From a virus (Duplodnaviria > Caudoviricetes), in the IMG/VR virus record IMGVR_UViG_3300034061_006011: 64,000 nucleotides of DNA. One strand, 5' to 3'. The stretch's first letter is position 1; each line of letters starts with the position of its first letter. This document shows, piece by piece, positions 57,387 through 64,000 of this stretch. The position numbers and the translations under genes are program-made. Below the pieces are notes generated by a model. The model searched no databases. It had not been told where the DNA came from and saw only the letters and a list, made by a program, of their open reading frames with translations.

Positions 57387-59387
57387 ATGCGTAAGATTGA
57401 TTTCAAGAAAATCAAAGCACAAAATTTTTTGTGCTTTGGAGAAAATGGAATTGAAATAGATTTTAAAAATTATGATTCTGTCGTTCTAATCAAGGGAAAA
57501 AATCTTGATGTTAATGACAATAATCTTAATTCAAGCAATGGTAGTGGTAAAAGCAGTATACTAGATGCCTTGCTCTATGGTTTATTCGGTAAGACTGTAA
57601 AGAATCCTAAAAAAATTGGTGTAAAAGATGTCATTAACAATAAAACAAATAAGAAAATGGTAATAGAGATATATTTTGATGATATTAAGATTCAAAGAAC
57701 AAGAAAGCCTGATGGATTAAAATTATGGCAATCAAAAGATGGAAACTTTGAAGAATCTACAGAATTGACTAGAGGCGAAATTAAACAAACACAAGAATTA
57801 ATTGAATCAATTCTTGGCTTCAATTGTGAAACATTTAAATCTACTTGCATATTCACTGACTCAAACACAGATAGCTATCTCGAATCCAATGCTTCCGACA
57901 GAAGGATTATTATTGAAAATCTTTTAGGTTTAGAGAAATATCGCACATATAACGAAATTGTTAAGGAAAATATAAAACAGACAAAGTCATCAATTGCTAT
58001 TGCTGAAATAGAAAGCCATAACGCTGATAATTCTCTTAATGATATTAAAAAACAACTCGAACAACTTAACGATAAAGAAAAAACATGGAAGAAAACAATA
58101 AATGATGAAATTGAAATAATTAAAAATGAAATAATTTTACTTGAAAAACAAGTTAAAGATCTTGCAGAATTTGACCCACAAGTTGAAAAATATAATAACG
58201 CTCAAAAAGAAATTGAATTAAAAAGAGAAGAACAAAACCTTCTTGAAGAAAAAATATTAAAATCAGAATCAACTAAAGATCAAATTGATTTAAAAATGGA
58301 AGAAGGAAAATCTATTTTACTAGAAAACAATTCAGAGTTTTTAAAAATTAAGAATCAAATTGATTTAATCAGTAACGAAATTACACAAAATCAAAACACA
58401 ATTGAAAAAACTAAAAACATCAAAGAAGGTATTGTTTGCAAACATTGCTTCTCTATAACACAAAAAGAAAACTATGAAGTCGTTAGAGATGACTGTAAAA
58501 GTCAAATAGAAGAATTACAAAAATTAAAAGACATAGAATCAAACAAAATCACTGTCATTAATGACAAAATCAATGAAATTAAAAAACAATTACAAACTTT
58601 GATTGATATGAAATCAAAAATAGTAACATCTATTTCTGCTAATAAATCAAAAATTCAAACCATTCAGCAAGACATAAACACTTTGCAAACAATAATAAAA
58701 CCAGAAACATTAAACACTATATCAAGAATAGAAAGTAAGATATCATTACAAAAAATTAATATTATGGAGAAAACAAATGCTATTGAAGGCAATTCTCCTT
58801 ATTACGATCTCATTATAACAGCAAAAAATAATTTAGAAACTGCTTTGTCCAAGAGCAAAGACAATAAAGAAAAGTTGGTTGAACTGATGCAAAAAATTCC
58901 TTACTTCAATTTTTGGGCAGATGCCTTTGGAGATAAAGGTGTTAGGAAGTTTGTAATAGATCAAATACTACCAATACTAAACGATCATGTTGCAGAAATG
59001 CTTGATTTGTTAGTTGATAGCAATTTGATTTTAACATTTGATAATGAATTTAACGAAACAATTAAACGTGTTACTGATGATACACCAATAATATATGATC
59101 TTCTATCTAATGGACAAAAAAGAAGAATTAATCTGGCAATCTCACAAGCATTTGCTCATGTTAGAGAATTGAATACAGGATCTATGCCTAATATCCTGTT
59201 TTTAGATGAAGTTTCTATCAATATGGATTCTCAAGGAAATAATTCCATATATAAATTGATAAAAGAAATGGCTAAAAATAAAATAGTTTTTGTTACTACT
59301 CATGATCAAGAATTATCTGATTTATTAGCTGATTCTAGCAGAATAAATCTAAAAATGGAAAATGGAATCTCTTCTATTGATCGTTAG
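57387..59387 (+). CDS. Rad50/SbcC/gp46-like ATPase subunit
   Basis: NGSGKSS, coiled coil with CKHC hook, LSNGQ signature, FLDE, TTHD. Confidence 0.92.
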   Translation: MRKIDFKKIKAQNFLCFGENGIEIDFKNYDSVVLIKGKNLDVNDNNLNSSNGSGKSSILDALLYGLFGKTVKNPKKIGVKDVINNKTNKKMVIEIYFDDIKIQRTRKPDGLKLWQSKDGNFEESTELTRGEIKQTQELIESILGFNCETFKSTCIFTDSNTDSYLESNASDRRIIIENLLGLEKYRTYNEIVKENIKQTKSSIAIAEIESHNADNSLNDIKKQLEQLNDKEKTWKKTINDEIEIIKNEIILLEKQVKDLAEFDPQVEKYNNAQKEIELKREEQNLLEEKILKSESTKDQIDLKMEEGKSILLENNSEFLKIKNQIDLISNEITQNQNTIEKTKNIKEGIVCKHCFSITQKENYEVVRDDCKSQIEELQKLKDIESNKITVINDKINEIKKQLQTLIDMKSKIVTSISANKSKIQTIQQDINTLQTIIKPETLNTISRIESKISLQKINIMEKTNAIEGNSPYYDLIITAKNNLETALSKSKDNKEKLVELMQKIPYFNFWADAFGDKGVRKFVIDQILPILNDHVAEMLDLLVDSNLILTFDNEFNETIKRVTDDTPIIYDLLSNGQKRRINLAISQAFAHVRELNTGSMPNILFLDEVSINMDSQGNNSIYKLIKEMAKNKIVFVTTHDQELSDLLADSSRINLKMENGISSIDR

Positions 59388-59405
59388 GTTTTTACATTTT
59401 TATTT

Positions 59406-59434
59406 TTGATTTATCAGTCAAAAATTGCTATGAT
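59406..59434 (+). promoter_or_regulatory. Sigma70-type promoter for nrdJ
   Basis: TTGATT-17 nt-TATGAT with TG extended -10. Confidence 0.65.
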
Positions 59435-59470
59435 TAAACATATCTATTTTCTTTTGAGTAAGGGGTTCTC

Positions 59471-61918
59471 ATGTATCAGTACGCCACAGCATTTGAAAAA
59501 TGTGTAACATATTTTGAGGGAGATGAGCTAGCCGCTAAAGTGTTTTTGGACAAATACGCTCTTAAAGACAACAGCTCTAATTTGCTTGAAGAAACACCAG
59601 TTGACATGCATCATCGTCTTGCGAAAGAATTCGCAAGAATCGAAGCAGAAAAGTATACAGAACCTCTTTCAGAAGAACAAATCTTTTCTTTATTCGATAA
59701 ATTCAAGTATATTGTACCTCAAGGAAGTCCTATGTTTGGTATCGGAAACGATCACCAAATCATTTCACTTTCAAATTGTTATGTAGTTGAAAGTCCAAAA
59801 GACAGCTATGGCGGTATTCTTAAGGTTGACGAACATTTAGCTCAAATCTCTAAAAGAAGAGGTGGAGTTGGTGTAGACATATCAACTCTACGTCCTGCCG
59901 GAGAGCCTGTTAAGAACGCTGCTAGGACCAGCACGGGCATTGGTTCATGGATGGAACGATACAGCAATACAATCAGAGAAGTCGGTCAGGCGGGGCGCAG
60001 AGGCGCTCTAATGCTTAGTATCCATGTTTCTCATAAAGACATTGAATCATTCATTACCATTAAGAACGACAGTTCAAAGGTCACAGGAGCAAACATCTCT
60101 GTTTTGCTTAGTAATGAATTTTTGGAAGCTGTTGAAAAGGGTGAAAAGTTCCGTTTACGTTTCCCAGTAGATGCTCCACCTAGCGATAGTGACATCTATG
60201 TCGATGCTAAGGAATTATGGAAAAAGATCATCCACAATGCATGGCTAAGAGCTGAACCCGGTCTTTTGTTCTGGGATCAAATCACTAAGTACAATGCTGT
60301 TGATTGTTATGCAGAAGATGGATATAAAACTATATCCACAAATCCCTGTGCCGAATTACCAATTTGCGCTTTTGACAGTTGCCGCTTAATGGTTCTTAAT
60401 TTGTTCTCTTATGTTGTCAATCCTTTTACCAAAGATGCATATTTTGATTTTGCATTGTTTGAAGAACATGCAGTAATCTGTCAGCGATTGATGGATGACA
60501 TGATTGATCTTGAACTTGAAAAAGTAAGCGAAATTATTAAGAAAATTAAGAAAGATCCAGAATCTAGCACTATTAAAGCTAATGAGATTGAACTTTGGCA
60601 AGATATTTACAAAAAGTGTGAAAATGGTAGAAGAACTGGGACTGGATTGACTGCTTTGGGTGATACGATGGCAGCTTTGAGTATTGCTTATGGTAGCAGA
60701 CAAAGCATTGATATGACTGGCAAAATTTGTAGAGCTTTATGCTTGTCTTCATTTAGATCTAGTGTTGATATGGCTAAGAAAACAGGTGCGTTTCCTGTTT
60801 GGGATTGGAACAAGGAGAAGGATTCTGAATTCCTTTTGATGTTGCGAGATCTTGATGCAACTCTTTATGAAAACATGCAAAAGTATGGTAGAAGGAATAT
60901 TGCTAACTTAACAATCGCTCCAACAGGATCTGTGTCTATTATGACACAGACAACTTCTGGAGTCGAACCTCTGTTCATGCTTTTCCCATATACTAGAAGA
61001 AAGAAAATCAATCCAAATGATAAAAATGCAAGAGTAGACTTTGTTGATCCTAATGGAGATCATTGGCAAGAATTTGAAGTGTATCATCCTAAAGTTAAAA
61101 TGTGGATGGAAATTACAGGTGAAAAGGATCTCAAAAAGTCTCCTTGGTTTGGTTGCTGTGCTGAAGACATTGATTGGGTTGCAGCTGTAGAATTACAAGC
61201 TGAAGCACAGAAGTATGTTGATCATGCAATTTCTAAGACTGTTAACTTGCCAGAAGAAGTAACAGAAGAACAAGTTGCTAAGATTTATGAAGCTGCATGG
61301 AAGTACAAATGCAAAGGTATGACTGTCTATCGTAAAAACTGTCGTACTGGAGTTCTGATAGAAAAGCCTGCTAAGAAAGAAGTAGAAGAAAAGATTAAAA
61401 AGAACGATGCTCCAAAACGTCCTGCTAATATTGAAGCAGAGTTGTATCTGCCGATAGTAAAGGGTGACCCTTATTATGTTGTTGTTGGTCTTCTTGATGG
61501 TGAGCCATATGAAGTATTTGCTGGTCTGAACACAGAAGATGGTAAACCAGTAATCAAATGCAAAGAATCTAAAGGATTGCTTAAGAAGCTCAATAGGGGC
61601 AAGTATGTGTTCCAAGCTGGTAATGAATCATTTAACTTGATTAATATCAGCAATCATGAAAACGGAGATGCTTTGTGCAGGATGGTAAGCACTTCATTGC
61701 GTCATGGTGCGGATATTAGCTTTGTCGTGCATCAGCTTGAGAAAACCAAAGGTGATCTTGTTAGTTTGAGCAAGGTTCTTGCCAGAACACTTAAGAAGTA
61801 TATTAAGGATGGCACCAAGGTTCATGGTGAAGAATGTCCTTCTTGCCAAGGCAATCAAGTTGAAAGAAATGATGGTTGCGTTTTGTGTAAGTCATGTGGT
61901 TGGTCAAAGTGCGGATAA
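59471..61918 (+). CDS. nrdJ: Class II (adenosylcobalamin-dependent) ribonucleotide reductase
   Basis: LSNCYV, GGVG, TNPCAE, TIAPTGS, AISKTVNLP, C-terminal CPSC..C..C..C ribbon; no nrdB seen in window. Confidence 0.88.
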   Translation: MYQYATAFEKCVTYFEGDELAAKVFLDKYALKDNSSNLLEETPVDMHHRLAKEFARIEAEKYTEPLSEEQIFSLFDKFKYIVPQGSPMFGIGNDHQIISLSNCYVVESPKDSYGGILKVDEHLAQISKRRGGVGVDISTLRPAGEPVKNAARTSTGIGSWMERYSNTIREVGQAGRRGALMLSIHVSHKDIESFITIKNDSSKVTGANISVLLSNEFLEAVEKGEKFRLRFPVDAPPSDSDIYVDAKELWKKIIHNAWLRAEPGLLFWDQITKYNAVDCYAEDGYKTISTNPCAELPICAFDSCRLMVLNLFSYVVNPFTKDAYFDFALFEEHAVICQRLMDDMIDLELEKVSEIIKKIKKDPESSTIKANEIELWQDIYKKCENGRRTGTGLTALGDTMAALSIAYGSRQSIDMTGKICRALCLSSFRSSVDMAKKTGAFPVWDWNKEKDSEFLLMLRDLDATLYENMQKYGRRNIANLTIAPTGSVSIMTQTTSGVEPLFMLFPYTRRKKINPNDKNARVDFVDPNGDHWQEFEVYHPKVKMWMEITGEKDLKKSPWFGCCAEDIDWVAAVELQAEAQKYVDHAISKTVNLPEEVTEEQVAKIYEAAWKYKCKGMTVYRKNCRTGVLIEKPAKKEVEEKIKKNDAPKRPANIEAELYLPIVKGDPYYVVVGLLDGEPYEVFAGLNTEDGKPVIKCKESKGLLKKLNRGKYVFQAGNESFNLINISNHENGDALCRMVSTSLRHGADISFVVHQLEKTKGDLVSLSKVLARTLKKYIKDGTKVHGEECPSCQGNQVERNDGCVLCKSCGWSKCG

Positions 61919-61925
61919 AATATAT

Positions 61926-61967
61926 TAACAGTTAGTATCTTGAATAATATCAAGATACTAACTGTTA
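61926..61967 (+). terminator. 18-bp perfect hairpin after nrdJ
   Basis: taacagttagtatcttga / tcaagatactaactgtta, 6-nt loop, followed by TTT. Confidence 0.75.
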
Positions 61968-61989
61968 TTTGTATGGAAAATAGGTTAAA

Positions 61990-62877
61990 ATGGATGAAAA
62001 TATTACATTTTATTACGCTTCTTGGAGTGATAAATCTAATATAAAAGACAAATGGTGGATCAATTTATTGTTCTCAATAATAACATTGAGAAGTGTTTAT
62101 CCAAAAAATAAAATAAAAATTATTTGTTATACTAAACCACCAAAAGAAATTTTTGATTATTCTTCATTACTTGATTACAAAGTCATTTATATTGAACAAT
62201 GGTATAAAAATTATACCAAAAAAAGATTTAATACACCCCTTTTATCGAAATTAAGAGATTGTTTTGAAATGTCTTTTGAAGAAAAAGAAAAAGTTATTCT
62301 TCTCGACAGTGATGCTTTTATAATCAAAAAATTTACAAACATAAATTGGAATAAAGTAGGAGTATACGGGACACATAATCACAATGTCAATACAGGTGTT
62401 TTAATATTTGATACAACAAAAGAAAACACCAAAGAATACAGAGAAATGTTTATAAAAGAAGTTGATGACATGCTTGATGAAAGCAAAGTTTTATCTGAAT
62501 ATACTCTGATTGCTTATCCTGTTGATGGAGAAAGAAGAATCATTCAAGAAGAAACAGTAACAAGAAATATATTTTACAAACACAAAGACTTTACAAATAA
62601 AGTCTTTCATAATATAGGTGTTGAAAATAATGGAATTATAAATATAGAAAAAATGAATAATTGTAAACATGTTGGCAACTTAAACAATATCCATTTAGCT
62701 ATTACACCCCCCGGCAAAATAGGAAGAATCATTATAAGCATTGACTTCTTTAAACAAAAAATTAAAAAATTCTTAGAAAAAATAAATGCTTCTTATGTTA
62801 TTGATGATTTAGTTGGCAATAAAGTTAATTTAGACATAAATAAATGCCTAGTAGTCAAGGAATTAAAATTCATATGA
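61990..62877 (+). CDS. GT-A fold glycosyltransferase (GT8-like)
   Basis: SIITLRSVYP, VILLDSDAF (DxD), VNTGVLIF, QEE. Confidence 0.6.
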   Translation: MDENITFYYASWSDKSNIKDKWWINLLFSIITLRSVYPKNKIKIICYTKPPKEIFDYSSLLDYKVIYIEQWYKNYTKKRFNTPLLSKLRDCFEMSFEEKEKVILLDSDAFIIKKFTNINWNKVGVYGTHNHNVNTGVLIFDTTKENTKEYREMFIKEVDDMLDESKVLSEYTLIAYPVDGERRIIQEETVTRNIFYKHKDFTNKVFHNIGVENNGIINIEKMNNCKHVGNLNNIHLAITPPGKIGRIIISIDFFKQKIKKFLEKINASYVIDDLVGNKVNLDINKCLVVKELKFI

Positions 62878-63812
62878 GAAATTACTGTATTGTTGTTCCA
62901 ACTATTAGAGAAAAATGCATTACAGACTTCCTAGAAAAATGGAAATTTGAATGTACTGTTATCCTGATTGAAGATAACCCTGAAAAAACATTTAAGATTA
63001 AAAAAGATAGTAGAATTCAGCATTATTCGTGGGAAGACATTGACAGAACATTTGGAAAAAAATCATGGATAATTTCAAGAAGAGATTCGGCAATTAGATC
63101 TTTTGGATTCTATTTGGCATATAAGCAGAATTTTGATTACATATTCACACTAGATGATGATTGCTATCCAATTGATGGTGTTGATTTCTTTACAGATCAT
63201 ATAAACAATTTAGAACAATTTCCAAAATGGACAGAAAGTTGTATTGGATATAGGACAAGAGGTATTCCTTACAAAAATCTAGGAACTCTTGATAATGTAA
63301 AACTTAGTGCTGGTCTGTGGGAAGGCGTTCCAGATCTTGATGCCATACAAACACTTTCTAATCAAAATATTAAATTGCCAGAAAACACAAGGATAATACC
63401 AAAGGGTCAGTATTATCCATTGTGTGGAATGAATATGTGTTTTAAAAGAGACTTAACACCATTAATGTGGTTTCCTCTTATGGGAGAAGGTTCTCCATAT
63501 AGAAGATTTGATGACATATGGTGTGGAATCATATCTAAGAAAATAATGGATCATTTGGACATTAATGTAACTGTAGGTAAACCTTTTATATTTCATAGTA
63601 GAGCAAGTGATGTATTTAAGAACCTTGAAAAAGAAACTCCCGGCGTTATTGAAAATGAAAAATTTTGGCAAATAATCGATTCTATTAAAATTCAAGGTTC
63701 AAATATTTTAGAATGTATGGCAGACATAGGCAAAAAATTAAAAAATATAGAAATTGATTATTATAAAAAAATTGGTATGGCTATAATAAATTGGGTTTCA
63801 TTTTTTGAGTAA
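62874..63812 (+). CDS. Reversibly glycosylated polypeptide / UDP-arabinopyranose mutase (GT75)-like protein
   Basis: IVVPTIR, DSAIRSFGF, IFTLDDDCYP, CGMNMCF, LMGEG..RFDDIWCG..KKIMDHL, FHSRAS..FKNLEKE match plant RGP motifs. Confidence 0.88.
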   Translation: MRNYCIVVPTIREKCITDFLEKWKFECTVILIEDNPEKTFKIKKDSRIQHYSWEDIDRTFGKKSWIISRRDSAIRSFGFYLAYKQNFDYIFTLDDDCYPIDGVDFFTDHINNLEQFPKWTESCIGYRTRGIPYKNLGTLDNVKLSAGLWEGVPDLDAIQTLSNQNIKLPENTRIIPKGQYYPLCGMNMCFKRDLTPLMWFPLMGEGSPYRRFDDIWCGIISKKIMDHLDINVTVGKPFIFHSRASDVFKNLEKETPGVIENEKFWQIIDSIKIQGSNILECMADIGKKLKNIEIDYYKKIGMAIINWVSFFE

Positions 63813-63831
63813 ATCAACCTAAATAACTATT

Positions 63832-64000
63832 ATGACTGATTTTAATTTTCGAGAATATGTGTTAAATGAAAACAAAGTTTATCTTGCAAAAGAGATAGGC
63901 GATGTCCTTAATTCAACACAAGAACTATCTGATGAAGTAAACAAGATAGGAACAAGGAACTTAGTTCGATACAGTCAAATTATAGTTAATAAGTGCAGAG
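63832..64000 (+). CDS. Partial ORF with leader motif, runs off the window
   Basis: MTDFNFREYVLNEN...; CTAAATA 6 nt upstream. Confidence 0.6.
   Translation, partial: MTDFNFREYVLNENKVYLAKEIGDVLNSTQELSDEVNKIGTRNLVRYSQIIVNKCR

Noticed and set aside
1-64000. Stop-codon recoding (TAG or TGA reassigned)
   Set aside because: Conserved enzymes are full length in the standard code, and TAG (57383, 59387) and TGA (ATGA overlaps at 2029, 17575) end genes exactly at the next start.
1-64000. Bacterial chromosome origin of the window
   Set aside because: Host-like genes are isolated and embedded among T4-type gp32, gp41, UvsX/W, gp46/47 genes, short unknown ORFs and late-type promoter boxes; no intact ribosomal or housekeeping operons.
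1-64000. tRNA or rRNA genes
   Set aside because: No cloverleaf with a T-loop GTTCGA and acceptor stem was found by eye in the intergenic gaps; a tRNAscan-SE run would be needed to exclude them fully.

Overview
AT-rich, densely coding 64-kb segment that is best read as part of a large T4-like (myovirus-type) jumbo/huge phage genome in the standard genetic code. It carries a T4-style replication/recombination set (gp32-like SSB, gp41/DnaB helicase, UvsX/RecA, UvsY-like, UvsW, gp46/gp47, gp4-like nuclease, dNMP kinase) with a bacterial-type DnaE polymerase split into two genes plus a short family-A polymerase. Nucleotide metabolism genes are dut, thyX, dCMP deaminase and class II nrdJ. Host-like genes include IF3, bS21, a GroES-like protein and a complete prkA/yeaG-yeaH-spoVR operon, and there is a glycan toolkit (HldE, two GT9-like, GT2, GT8-like, GT75/RGP mutase-like, FkbM-like methyltransferase). 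Most striking: about 20 otherwise unrelated ORFs begin with a T4 capsid-targeting-like leader (M-x-x-F-x-E/K-F/Y/W...L-x-E), many directly behind a TAAATA/TATATA box, suggesting a large set of capsid-packaged, injected proteins, including two putative ADP-ribosyltransferase-fold paralogs. Other highlights are the intein-less DnaE split with a duplicated junction, an origin-like double cruciform, and a possible gene-32-type pseudoknot. All calls come from motif recognition by eye; no database searches were run.
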